From assembly GCF_036321535.1 (NCBI RefSeq), contig NC_087436.1, forward strand, positions 33,792,001 through 33,856,000: 64,000 nucleotides of DNA. Reading direction: 5' to 3'. Below are positions 50,941-64,000 of the stretch, piece by piece. This stretch comes from Camelus dromedarius (taxonomy: Eukaryota). The notes beneath the pieces are model-generated. The model was given only the letters and a program-made list of their open reading frames with translations. It made no database searches and was not told where the DNA came from. The position numbers and the translations under genes are program-made. The stretch's first letter is position 1. Each line of letters begins with the position of its first letter.

Positions 50941-53900
50941 ATCCTAATGAACAAAAAATATGACCCCAATTTTAGGAAAATGAAAGCAAATATATCCTAT
51001 AATATTTATAAAGTATTCCAGGAAGTATGACTTTAGTAATGAATCTGGGCCACATGAGAGCGATGAAAACTTACTTTTATTTTTACTATGTGCAATTGAG
51101 TTTGACCCAATCCTGTTTTCTTTATAAAACTTTCCAGATAGTTTTGTTACACTACTAGTTAAGATCGGAAGCCTAATGTTGTTACACCACTGGTTAATCA
51201 ATAGCATTAAGTGGTTTATACACAGAGGATATTGAAATCATTCAGTATGATAAGTTAGGGGAACAAGGAAAAACTGCACACTGGGTAATTAACAGTTGTC
51301 TGTAATAAACAGAAGTCATGGAAACGAGAATGTAGAAAAGTAGCCAGATTTCAAGGAACAAGAAAGGCAAAGGTGAGTATGTCAGGACATAAAGAGCAAA
51401 AAATAGCTGCTCACAGGTAAGGTAGTGACAGAGCATCGTCCTGCTTTCTGCTGGTTACAAGAGGAGCCCGCTTGCTTGTTGCTGGTCAGTACAATACCTC
51501 TGCTAGAGTAGGCACTAGGTAATTATACCTAAGGGAATCGTGACAGTGTGTATGTTCTCGTAGTGTTGATTCTAACCATATTTGAGGCCGAAGTAGTATA
51601 TCTAGTTATGGGCATGTGCTTATAAAGATCAGTACTTTTTAGGCACGGTCCTTCAATCTGAGATGCTGGTTAACATAAAATCATTGATAGCGTATTTTTC
51701 AGCTCAGTTCTCAAGAGTCAGACTTTCACCTAGCAATTGCAGTCAGGATCACCCTGCGCTCCACCAAAGGATTTATTGTCTCAGTGACTTATCCATGCTC
51801 ACTCCCATAAATCTAACCATCTGGTAAATTTAATCACTGCTAAGAAGAGGCATGAGAAGTGTATTATTAACTATAATATCTCTTTATTCAGCCAAATAGT
51901 TAACTTTTTACACACAAAGTAGCTGAGCACTTTAAATTATGATAAAAATATACAGATTTGTTTTGACAAGCATACTTTACTAAAGATAATGTCATCAAAA
52001 TAGGCACTTGTGTCTAAATTCCATTTACACCAATTTGATGTCATAAAATGTTTTGGCTGAGTCAGATCTCATGTCCTTTTTGAGTAACTCTGTATGGACC
52101 CAGCAAGTAAACATCACACCTAAATCTAGTTAACATTTAAAAGTTGTCCAGCTACATTTCATGAGCCATCAAGACGAAGAATTTGAACCCTGTCCATAAT
52201 TTGGATTTCAAGGGAAAAAAATGGGGGAAAAATCTGCCTGAAGAGAAAGGAATTATATAGAAAAACTATTATAAATGTTAAAAAAAAAAAAAAAGTTTGG
52301 CACTGTGAGGCAGACTTGAGGCTAAAGTCCAGAAGTTTAGAAAAAAGTGATTTCAAATTCAGTATAAGACGGTAACTTTTCCTACCTTAACCCTGGTCCA
52401 CAAGCACTTGTTTCCTAGCCATGAGATTTCCTGTGCAAACCTAGAAAAGATGGATACATGATACATTGATGAAACTTCGTCTCTAGAGACTCCAATCCCT
52501 TTTATGTAGAGTCTCCTTTGGAAAAGCTAGACAGTAGAAAAGGAAGACTTCTCTTCCTTCTCTGGAAAAAGAATATTAGAAGTAAGTGGCTGGGGTTGTA
52601 AGTGTCTCTAAACAGCTATAGCTGAGGGTGCACAAATCCCCCTCAAGCTTGGGAGATGAATTTTGCTTAGTGTTGGTTTCCAACATATGGCTTGAGTAAA
52701 CCTTTTTTTTTTTTAAATTGGAAAAGTCAAAGAAAGAAAGAGAGTGAGTGTGTGCAAGAAAGAAAAGACTATGGAGTGCACTGCAGCCAATCATATCTGT
52801 AAGCAGTAGTTCTAATTAAATGAGAGACCCACCCACAGCTGCCCAGTGCAACGCCTAGAGAGACAAAGAAGAAGGAAGTACAGTCCACAGTTGGAAGCTC
52901 TTAATTATCAGGCCAAAGGTAATGGACTCGATAGAGATTCAGGCTTATGAAAGAAAAAAAGAAACATGTCAGCATAATCATATAATGTTGTCTACATTTT
53001 CATCAAACCAATGATTGAATTTCCTTTGATAAGAGTATATTATTCCTGATACTTGATTTAACTCAATTATATTCTGTGTTACAAGGACAGGACTACTTTG
53101 AGGCACTTTTATTATTAGATGACATAGGTGATATCAAGTGCTTTATCTTTGTTTCCATAAGTAGCTGATCATGTTTAAATCATGAAGATGAGAGCTATCC
53201 ATTTTACATCAGTGTAAAAGCAAATGTACACAAAACTGGATCTACTTCAAATAAGTATATTTCTTCAAGTTCAGTAAAATCCTGCTTACATGATCTATTG
53301 TTTACAGTCTTTGTCTCCTCTGGAATTCCACAGCTTTCTAGACTACTTTAGTTTTTTATTCAGCTTATATTTGTGTCTAGATTTGGCCCAGATTTTACAT
53401 ACATACATCTGTTGACTTGCAAAATCATTAACAATTTACTGAGTCACCAAAGTGGGACTTACGAAGCTTTTTGGACCCCCAGATCTGGTGATCCGTACTA
53501 CATGGCAGTTCTCACAATGTAGCAAAGGCCTTTCCTTGAACCTGGTTCCCTCATCCTGTACAACAGGCTGCCTATATGAGAAAGGCCTGTGAAACGTGTC
53601 CACAGGTTTCCTTCCAAGATCTCTGCACAGTTTCTTCCAGTGACTGACCAGGAAAAAAAAATGCTGTTTGCATTATTCCATAATAGCACCTTATTTGGAC
53701 TGCCTTTTACCAAACCATTAAGCTAAATTACTTTTAATAAACTCCACAGTTTACTGATTGTGGGAAGCAATGAACTGTGAAGCAAGAATTGCTAGAGGGC
53801 CCCTTTTCCTAATAGAACTTTTTTCTGTTGTTTTTGTTTCAACAGCATCTTGAAAACGAGTCCATTTATATAAGCGGTAAATAATGCAAGATGAATGACA

Positions 53901-54633
53901 TTTCAGCATGTAAAATGCAGGCTATTCACCAGAAGAATGTAGATAATACCATGTAGTACTTTAATTTAAACAGGCTGGATCTTGTTGAGGATCAGTGACA
54001 TAATGCAAAGTATTTCAAGACACAGAGCAGAAGGCTGGTGGGGAGGAAGCACCCTCTTCTCTTTCATGGTAATGTTAAACGAGGAAAGCAGCAAAACAAT
54101 GCCCTGAGCTATGCTTCTGAACAATGGCAGGAGAGAGTTAAACATTTGCCTGGCACTTTTAGAACAAACTGGGATAGTTAAAGAGACAGCTGGAACAAAG
54201 CCATAACATTTTTAGAGATACATCACGGCAAAGAAAGAAGGGCCCAGGGAAATTTTCATAGGATTTGGAGAAAATAGCAGTTTTCTGTTTGATTAATAAT
54301 TCAAATAAACAAACTAATAGTCAAATATAATTTCAGAGAATATTCAAAGAGAAAATTTACAATGACAATCTGCATATTCTAGGTGAAGAGATATAATAAT
54401 TGCTTTTGAGGAGAAAAAGCTGTTTAGACATCAGCCGGCAGTTCAGATAGATCTACAGAGGGAGTTACTAGGTACTAAGACCTGGTTGTTGGCTTCACGA
54501 ACCCAGAATTTCTGTATTATCTATGACCCATGTTATATTAAACTCAGAGAGACTAATAACCAAATGTGCAAGATTTTGCAGGCACACAGTTTAAAATTTA
54601 TAATAAAAAAGACGGGGTTTGTATAGACTAGAC

Positions 54634-54947
54634 CTACTTTATCCAGTATGGTAGCCTGATACCATACAACTTAAAATGTAGCTAGTCCAAATTGAGATTT
54701 GCAATAAGTAAAAAATACACATTGGATTTCAGACACATAGTACAAAAAATGCCAAAAAAAAAAAAAAACCCAAACCCATTAACTGTTTACATATTGGAAT
54801 AAATATATAACTATAATTGTTTACATATTGGAATAAATATATAACCATAATTAATTTTACCTCCTTCCTTTTTCTTTTTGTCAATGTCATCTATGAAATT
54901 TAAAATTCCACATGTAAAACTCATTATATTTCTATTGGACAGTGCTA
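54634..54947 (+). mobile_element. hAT-Charlie MITE (MER33-like)
   Basis: tccagtatggtagcc...aaatgtagctagtccaaattgagat...aaaatacacattggatttc...cattatatttctattggacagtgct; 8-bp TSD gactagac/aactagac. Confidence 0.85.
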
Positions 54948-55711
54948 AACTAGACAATTTTATCAATTTGACTAATGCCAACCCTCCCTCTAGAAACTAA
55001 GCTGGTTAGTGATTTCATACAGGGCAAAGAGTTATATAATTTTAAAAATTTATCAGTTTTAGGCTAAGATGATTTAATGTGCTTATCTTTATATTAGGGA
55101 TATACTTGCCAAGTATGTGAGTTTTCTGGTTAAATGACTCTTTTTTCTAGAATGTGCTGAATAAACACAGCCAGATTTTGCTCTAATAACCATTCTTTAC
55201 TTCTTTCTGTTGACTGCACTCTTCTGACTTACTTGTTTCTTTAATATTGGTGTCACAATATCAGATGTCTATTGGTGCTAATATAGTTACCTGTAGGCAG
55301 GTACCTAAAATAAATGAAGAGGCCCATTTAGAGACTGGAAACTGCTGTGAACTACAGAATTCATTTTCTACGCAAAAACACGTGGATGCAGCCATACAAC
55401 CGCTACATTTGTTAAAGGAGTACATGGCGGATGAATGTGAGTGTGCCGCCAAAGTATTGTTTTAATATCTTCCCTCATGACTCCTCCCTATGCCATGACC
55501 TATTCTCTTCCCTTCTCCGTGTTCTGGAAGGCTGACCTATATAGTCTTCAACACCAAAGCTGAAATGGAAGGCAGTAGTAAGAGTAGAATTACATGATAG
55601 GGAGTCCTGGATATCTGAGGATTCCCTACATTCACAATCCACCTTCCTCCAAGGAACCAGGTGTCCAACTACAAACACAGCTCCCATAGCTACAATTTTG
55701 TCTAGTTTCAA

Positions 55712-55853
55712 GCAGAATAAACATGGATTGCAGTTTGCCTAGGAAAATCTGGCTTATGCTCCTAGTACATCAATTAAGGGCTATTAGTTATTTCTAGCAT
55801 CACCTTTCACTCTCAAATGCCTTCCTGTTTGATGACAAATTATATGGTTACCT
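55712..55853 (-). mobile_element. hAT-Blackjack MITE (MER94-like)
   Basis: cctttcactctcaaa...gtttgatgacaaattatatggttacct matches the MER94 terminus. Confidence 0.7.
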
Positions 55854-56099
55854 TCAGTATTACTTTATAGTTGGACACTGCATATTCCATGTTTATCTAA
55901 CTTTTCCCTTGCCCTTAATTTCACAGCTATAGCACACTGGCATTTTTCCAGTTTTTCCTGAAACAGTGAAGGTAGTTCTTACCAAAGTTAAGGAAATCCT
56001 TCCCTGTTGGGGCTAAGGATGTTACTTTGGAATTTTAACCCAGCAGGATTCTATCATTCTTGAAAGCCAGAGACTGCTTGGTGTTTCTAATTATTTCCA

Positions 56100-56390
56100 T
56101 TTCTGAATGGAAGATTTAATAGGACTATCCTCTCTTGTGGCTGATTTGTATTTATTAGATGTGCATATATACATTGGGGAGAGAGAAATTACATAACTTA
56201 TTTATTTTGAGACTCACTAGGCCATAGGAAACTTTATCTGTAATAAATGAGGAGTACAATTCTTCACCCCCAAATCCCAAATCTTAGAGTAGCATCTGGC
56301 CGTATTATGGAGCTGTCTCCCCTGGAGAGGGAGTGCCTGTGTCTACCTGTGGGAGGGATGAGCCCAGAGGTTTGAGTGACCAAAGAGGAC
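56100..56390 (+). mobile_element. MaLR internal-region 3' end (MLT1-int-like)
   Basis: cccctggagagggagtg..tgtgggaggga..gtttgagtgaccaaagaggac immediately preceding an MLT1 LTR. Confidence 0.5.
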
Positions 56391-56860
56391 CACAGCAGAC
56401 TAGTAGTTGTATATCCCAAATCAATTTCCCCTTTGTTTCATGGTGATAGAGTTACAGCTGGCAGCCACGTACCTTCCCTTGCAGACAGGTATAGCCATAT
56501 AGCTAATTTCTTATCCATGCAACATGAGCAGACATCTTATCTGCTGTTTTGTTTTGTTTTGTTTTTTTTGATCTATGTTTAAACATCAGGCACATGTTCA
56601 GTCATGCTCTTTTCCCTCCCTGCCTTTTAGAATACAGAGCCTGGCAGGGATATGGCCATACAATGTGACCACTTGTAAAATGATGCCTCCAGCATATCGA
56701 AATGTTGGAGCAAAACAGAGGAAACTGATGTCTGTAATGATCTCTGGGAGTAGAGTTACTATACCACTGAATACTGAAAGGACTGAATATTAAAGAGAAA
56801 TCAGCCTCTATCTTTCAAGTACTGAATTATGGAGGTGTCATTATATAACAAATACATGAA
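56391..56860 (+). mobile_element. MaLR LTR (MLT1I/J-like)
   Basis: cccaaatcaatttcccctt..catggt...cttcccttgcagacaggtatagccatat...tgctcttttccctccctgcc...ggagcaaaacagaggaa...gagaaatcagcctctatctt. Confidence 0.7.
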
Positions 56861-57389
56861 TCAAATATTTAGTTGTTTTTTTTACTATGGTCAATATGAA
56901 TTGTAGTCTAAGGACAAGTGGGCTTTATGGTAAGTGTATGATATGTATGGACAAACTTTTTGAATTTTTGTGGTTGATTCATAACATTTTCTCAAGTAAA
57001 TATCAATATGAATATCTTTCCTTCATATGTATAAATATTAATAAACATTTTCCATATAAGCATTACATTAGTAACATTGTCTATAATTATTACTCTAAAA
57101 ATCTCTTAATATTACCAAGTGTATACACAGAATTAAACTGAATTGCTACTGTATGAGAAATCTTAAAGTCAAATATTTGCTTTTTTTGGACAAAATCAAA
57201 AAGTTTGGTTATTATCTTTACCCCTACTGAAATGCTGAAATTACCTATTGGAGCGGCAACTTGACTCTCCAAGTGTATAATTTTTGTGGGTAAACGTTTT
57301 TAAATAAAAATGGTGAAAATAACACACACATTAATTTATTGTTAGACTCTGCTCATTATGTATTAGACCTAGAAAGATACAAGGCCAGC

Positions 57390-57560
57390 CAGCTGAGAGG
57401 GAGTGGAATCAAGAGGTTCAGTTTGCTGCCTAGTGCTACTTTTGGTCATTGTGCGGTGTCCGTCAAATTAAATGGCCTCTCTGGAACATCTGTAAAATGA
57501 GAATCACAATGGAATTCAAAGACAAATGGGGTGAGAATAAAAAGATAAATTCTATGTAAT
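57390..57560 (+). mobile_element. MIR SINE remnant
   Basis: ggaatcaagaggt...tgctact...gcctctctgga..catctgtaaaatgagaat. Confidence 0.55.
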
Positions 57561-59949
57561 ATAAATAATTATTACACATATATAAGCTAATCAAGTAGAA
57601 GAAAACATTTGTAATAATTATCAATTTACATAAGTATGGGTAACATTCACCATAAATCTTTAATCAATTCATAAACTTCAATCTTGGATGAATGTATTCT
57701 AGTCACTTCTATTTTACTCACTTTGCATATACCCATCTGGAAAAAATATTCAGACTGGTGTAGATTTAGTCTGTTTTCTTTTTAATCTCTTTTAAAACTC
57801 ATTCTTCAGTTAGCAGGTAATAGGCGAACACTATGAAGAAATTATTCATTTACTAATCACATTCAGTAGAAATTAGTAGTTTCAATAAGCTTTCCAAGAC
57901 TGCTCTTTATGGGTTCAGGATATAGAACTGTGGATTGCTTAAGAACACAAGATTTAAAACAAGAAAAAAAAAAAAAAAAGTTTTAAAACCAGAGTCCTGA
58001 ATTTGTAAAGTTACCTTGTCAGTTTTTGATTTTGTAAATTAGGAAAAATTCCTTAATCTCTCTGGGACTCAGTTTTTTAAAATGTTGATTTACATATTAA
58101 ATTAAGGCAATGATATCTATAAGCCAGGTTTAGCACCAGATTTAGCTGAATGCATGGATCTTTGTAAATTCTCAATAACAGCTACTTCAACCTTCAAAAG
58201 TATTAATAATAAAATGAATGTACTATAAAATAGATACATAATAATATGCCCTATTTTTGTTTTTAAAAATACTGTAATTTTTATAAAGATGTAACAGTTT
58301 TTATTTCATTTCTTTCCAGCATTATGATTTTATTTTTTCCAATGCAATTGCTCTAGGAAACTCTGGAAATAAATGAGTAACATTTTTGTATAAACAAAGT
58401 TGTTTTATTATTAGAAGGAATATATACCAAATTGCAAAAATTAAGTTTTCCCATTCTCCTTTAATTATATTAAATGATTTTAGTTCATGATAATAATTTG
58501 GATTATTTTCACCAGCTTTCTTTCAATTTAAACCATGTCATATTATTAAGTATCTGTACATACAGTGCTTTTGTTTTAAAGATGGAAAATATCAGTACAG
58601 TTTCACTCCATAGTTCTTTTACCTCTTTCTTAATGAGAAATGCACATAACTATTCTTCAAAAAACATCAAAAAACTTTTTTATTTAAAGTTATTACTCTC
58701 TAACTTTACTAAATTTTCTTGAACAGAGCAGAATGAATTAATTGGTGAAATGTTAATTTTAAAAAGACAGATTTGACATGTTTGCCTTGAGCTTGGAAAT
58801 TGTAAATAATTACCAGATTGAATATTTTGTGTTGACAATCTTAACCATTTAATCTGAATATAAAACTACATGAATAAATGAATAAATAAATATACCTAAA
58901 TCCTGCATTTATTTTGTAGCTCCTATTGAAACTCACCACTGTGGAGTTTGCCTGGCATATCTTATACACGATAATAGTTCTGTTATTTACAGTCCTTGAG
59001 CTGAGTCTCTACCAGAGGTTTTCACTCTCTGTTCTATCTGTTCAGCTTCTCAGGAGCTTTGACAAAGGATGGAATTGCTCACATGGGAGAACCTTGCTTC
59101 TCCACATGTGCTTCAAACACAGAAGCTGTGTTTTATGTTTGACATGTTTAGTTTCTAAGATAAGAATTTACTTGAAGAAAGTGTTGGGAGCAAGAGGTAA
59201 ATAAATAAATAGCTTCAAAATTACTGCTATCACAACTCACATTGTTTTAGTCTAATAATTATTTAATAAGTTTATTTTTAGCTTCCAAACAAATTATAAA
59301 TTATGTTAATGAAGGGACTATATTTCTATTTTTTCATCATATATACATGTGTATATACAAATATACATCATGTGTGTGCATTTGTGTTTTAGATGAAACT
59401 GTTTCAAAGTTTGTCTTCACTCAGAGATTCTGCTCATCACCAAGTACAGTTATAGAAATTTCAATTGGATTGAATTTTCTCAAGTACTTAAGAGGCTAGA
59501 TATGAGCTTGGAATTTTGACATAGATGCAAAACCTAGGGATGTTCCCTTCTAAGGTTCTAACCTACTTTGAGAGGTTATTTTGTTCTCATGGTTGAAAAA
59601 ACTATAACAAAGTCAGGTATTGAACAATGTATCTGAGTTTTCTCAAGCTCAGAAACATCCTAGAATTTCCATATTCAGTTATGGGTTATTTGAAGTGATT
59701 GTGGAGACCACCTTTCTTCTCTCTCTACTGTACCTCTCATACTGAGTTGCTCTAAAAACTCAAGCAGCCATTTTTATTTTCTGTCTCTGGTGTGATCAGG
59801 CTTTTCACAAACTTGTAGAATAAATCCTGGAGCTAGTCACCACACTGGCTCCAAGAATTTGGTGTTAACCAAAGCAGCGAATGCCATAAATCCCCTGAAA
59901 TTTCTCTACGTCTCTCTAAAAACTGAAGAGATTTGGTCAACACCAAATG

Positions 59950-60140
59950 AAAAGCAATACACTTATTCTGAAACTTATTTGCTAAGTTGTTAGGTTAAGT
60001 TCCCTAGCTGATCTTGCTTCAATTTCTTCATCATTAAGTAGAAATAATAATGATACCTATCTCAGAGTTGTTACGAAAACCAGGGAAATTAATATTTTTA
60101 AAGCACAAAAAGAAGTAGCTGGCACATAGTAAGTAGTATA
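59950..60140 (+). mobile_element. MIR SINE remnant
   Basis: cttcaatttcttcatc...ataataatgatacctatctcagagttgtt...taaagcac...ctggcacatagtaagt. Confidence 0.65.
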
Positions 60141-62273
60141 TATGACTCAATTAAATAGCTAATCTTTGGTACGTTCCCCTCAAATACTTTTTTGTTATAG
60201 CCTCTGTTCAGTAAACTGTATTATTCAAAATCCTAGGCAGCTAATTCTTCAAAACTCCCTCTTTCTACCAGCTCATCCACCCCCATTCCCCAAACACAAA
60301 ATCATTAGATTAAAAATAAACTTTTCCAGTCTTTTCAAGTGATAATATGTACTATCTTAACACAGGCAACAAATGTACATACTTTTTTTGGTACCATTTT
60401 TCAGGAAAGGATTCTCCAATTTTTGTTCACTTACCCAATAAATAAATATTTTATATATAAAGAATAAAATATTATTCCATAATAAAGCAATAAAATAAAA
60501 TGACCCCCTTCCTCATGTTCCATAGTTAGGTCTCTGTGGTGGCCCTCAGATAAAAAAATCTTAAAAAGCAAAGCAACTATGAGTACACTGACTTCATCTA
60601 ATACCCATAAAATCAAGCCTTAGATTTCCTTTCCTAAAGTGAAAGCCTGAGTGAATTCCACATGTTTCTTAGGGGTAAAACCTTTCTACCAGTTGTACAT
60701 TCTGAAACAACTTTTCAAAACTTAGCTTACCTACACATAAATATTCATAACCAAATATAATATATTTCTTTATAGTTTATAATCTAGTGCAAAATAATTA
60801 TAAATTAACTTCACTAGTCCTATATGGTAACTATTATGCCAACCATGAATTTTATTTTATGTAAACTACTAAGGGGTTGAGATGTTGAGCTTACTAAATT
60901 AAGACTTAAAAAATAAAAATCCTTCGTCATTGGAAGCAAGGCCAAGTTTAATTTTTCTCCCTTGTGATAGTGGATTAACAGTCTATTGTTCTGAAGACTG
61001 AGACTCAATTATGCTGAGCCAGAATGGTTTGAATTGATGCCATTTATTTCAGTCTGTCAAGAATCTTGGATAAAAATCAACTGTGACTTTGATTTCAGAT
61101 CAGCAAGTCAAGCAATTGCTCATTAGACAGTACATAATCCAGGTATTTAAATTAGTTTTGTGACTATTTTTTCAAAGGACCCTACCCCTGAAATGATTCC
61201 CATCTTTATAGCCTAAATATATTTATTTTATGCATTCCATTTATTAAAATTAATAAGAAGTTCTTTTTTACATATCTGCACATCTAGACCCCACCATTCT
61301 GGAATGTCCTCTGGACATCATTAAAACCAGATGTTTTCAAATGTCATCATGCATATACTGAAATGATTATAAGATGAGAATTTTTTTTCCAGGCTGTTTC
61401 TGCTCAGACAAGAATGCCAGTTTCCATTGGTTTGGAGGACACTTTTATTTCTAATAGCATGAAGTTGGTTCATGATTCAAAATACAGATTTTTTTTGTAT
61501 CAAACAAAGTATATCACTGCTTTAGAAAATGTTTTTAAAATATCAGATTTTATTAGTATTCATATATTATGTGCATAATAATATTTGGTATTTGATTTTT
61601 ATTTATAAAAATTATAATTTTATCTTGATTTATCCATCCAGCAACTTAACCAAGAAACATGGTGCATTGTAACTCCTAGGAATAAAGATTGCTCTTTTCC
61701 CTCCTTGTTATGTTATAGAGATTAATATAGCTTGAAAGTGGCAATATATCTAAAAGGAATGTGGTACAACTACTTCCTACTTACGTGACCAATATCATCA
61801 TACTCAGTGGAATATTTTTTACTATTTAAATGTTTATAGATTCTTGCTGTTGGCCAGGCTAGGGAAGCAACTAGTTTGATTTCTTTTCTGTCTGTTATGC
61901 ATGTACTGTTAGCTGATGATTGGTTTACATACATCCCACATGTAGCTATGGACCATTAAAATATAATTGTGTATAAAACTTAAAAAATACAATTTTGTAA
62001 AACATTTGGAAATGATTAGTGGACATAGCTGTTAGTCATTCTATTTATAGAAGGTCTAAGGTAAATTAGTTTAAAAGTTAGACTGTATTTCTACCCATCT
62101 GGGAGAAAAATAGAACAAATTTTCTTTCTTAGGGATAAGAATATAAGATCTAAGTCTAAACTAGAGATATGAAGAATGAAAGTTATTATTACTTTCAAAA
62201 ATAGATCTGTATTTATTATTTTATGTTGTATTGAATCACCAAGATACTAATTAACTACCTTTCCCATTTAGTT

Positions 62274-62571
62274 ATTTTTTTAACATTTTTTATTGATTTA
62301 TAATCATTTTACAATGTTGTATCAAATTCCAATGTAGAGCACAATTTTTCAGTTAAACATGAACATATATATATTCATTGTCACCTTTTTTTCTCTGTGG
62401 GCTATCATAAGATCTTGTATGTATTTCCCTGTGCCATACAGTATAATCTTGTTTATCTATTCTACAATTTTGAAATCCCAGTCTATCCCTTCCCACCCTC
62501 CACCCCCTTGGCAACCACAAGTTTGTATTCTATGTCATGAGTCTATTTCTGTTTTGTATTTATGCTTTGTT
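62274..62571 (-). mobile_element. Young, severely 5'-truncated L1 (3'UTR only)
   Basis: T-rich tail, then tttacaatgttgtatcaaattcc...tcccagtctatcccttccc...ccttggcaaccacaagtttg; TSD ccatttagtt at 62264-62273 and 62572-62581 followed by TTAA (L1 endonuclease-type site). Confidence 0.88.
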
Positions 62572-64000
62572 CCATTTAGTTTTAATCAATGGGCAAAGCC
62601 ATTGTAAATAAACTACTGAGTTACCACTATTGATTTTCCAAAATTCTGCATCAGTAATATTAACAAGTAATAAAAGAAAGGAAAGCTGGAATATTCAGGT
62701 CAAAATATTTACTTGAAATATCTTGAGAAACAGCTTAAAATATTCCTTCTCTACAAAGAATCTAATTTTTTGGAACAAAAAGATGAAAATGTATTTGTGA
62801 TATAACAAGAATGATAAAAATCACAATTTATTTCATTACCCTGGAATTATCATTATCATTTCATAATTGGTTAGTTGTAGATATAGCTACTATTTGTGTA
62901 AGAACAACATTTATATGAAAATCCACATGAAAATGTCTTCTTAAAGTTCATTTTTATTTCTTTTTGCTTGCTATATCTTGAAGAGAAGTGAAAATAAAAA
63001 TTCAATTGCTCATATACTTGAGATTATGCATAGTTCAGGTAAGACTTGGGAACTTTATACAGAAGTTTTTCTGCTTACCACCAACACGATCAATTTCATG
63101 AAATTGTGCAGGTTACTTATTACTTACTTAGATTCCCACCTATAATTGTTTTCATAATCTATGGAAAAAAAATTGCATGTGAGTAGTTGGTAAGCATTTA
63201 GAAAATGACATGGGTGAACTGTCCTTGTTTTACTCCTTCTAAATATTTTATAAATTTTATACACATCTACTAAAATATTTCATAAATTTTATCCATTTAG
63301 CATAAATATCATTTCACCTACTACTTTCTTTGCCAGTTTCTGTTTATATGACCTGCGGTGAAAATAGTCTGCATATGCAATTTTATACGCAGCTATTGTT
63401 TAAGAAAGCCTACATTCAAAAATAATAATCAGCCCATGTTCTTCAAAAACTGAAAGGTAGACCAAAAACCTCATATTTGTCAATTATGGAGTGATTAAAA
63501 AAAGCTGAGATCACCAATAACAACTACAGTTGTTTTACATTAAAATATTACAAGGCATGCTGAAAATTAAGATGACATTTAATAGGAATGGTTATATATT
63601 TTTATTCTTATGTTCAAACAGAGTACAATAGAAGTAGAGTAATATGAATTCATGTTTAAGAGATAGGTTTTCACTTGTCTACAAGGGTAAAAGAGAAAAA
63701 AATCAATAGTATAATGGGCTTTAAAGAAGAAAAACTATTGCCATACTTTGGTGGAAGCTTCCCAAGGACAGTTTTTTCCCCTATTGCTTTCCAATAAATC
63801 CATAGTGTTTATATAAATAAAAATATGCTTCAAACAATCCCCTTGTCATATTCTGTCAACAGAAAATATTTTAATTTTTGATCATCACACACTAACAAAC
63901 TGGACTGAGTATGACAGAGTAGACAGAGTTTCAAAGGAGCTGGAAACTTTTATACATGAAAAACAGCTGAAGACAAACAACTCATAATGCAACAATTAGA

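Noticed and set aside
63240..63315. Imperfect ~32-bp AT-rich tandem repeat
   Set aside because: Low-complexity and degenerate; no further structure.

Overview
This is AT-rich, CpG-depleted, non-coding mammalian DNA (intergenic or deep intronic), most likely from a camelid. That assignment is an inference from a tRNA-Ala-type SINE resembling vic-1 and from cetartiodactyl-type L1/LTR sequence. I found no recognisable host protein-coding exon, RNA gene, operon or CRISPR array. The listed ORFs are chance ORFs or fragments of decayed LINE-1 ORF1/ORF2. Roughly half the window is interspersed repeat: ancient L2, MIR, L1M, MaLR/ERVL/ERV1 LTRs and Tigger/hAT MITEs, plus several younger lineage-specific L1 copies. 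The most notable structure is a ~3.1 kb L1 at 12202-15332 with 5'UTR + ORF1 + spacer joined directly to the last codons of ORF2 and the 3'UTR/poly-A, so essentially all of ORF2 is missing (half-L1/HAL1-like architecture or a deletion/recombination chimera). Also notable are a very small twin-primed (5'-inverted) L1 inside a solo LTR, a SINE lacking its anticodon hairpin, and several nested insertions with readable target-site duplications (TSDs). Repeat subfamily names come from recalled consensus similarity and need RepeatMasker/Dfam confirmation. I did not find convincing evidence of a wholly new biological system.
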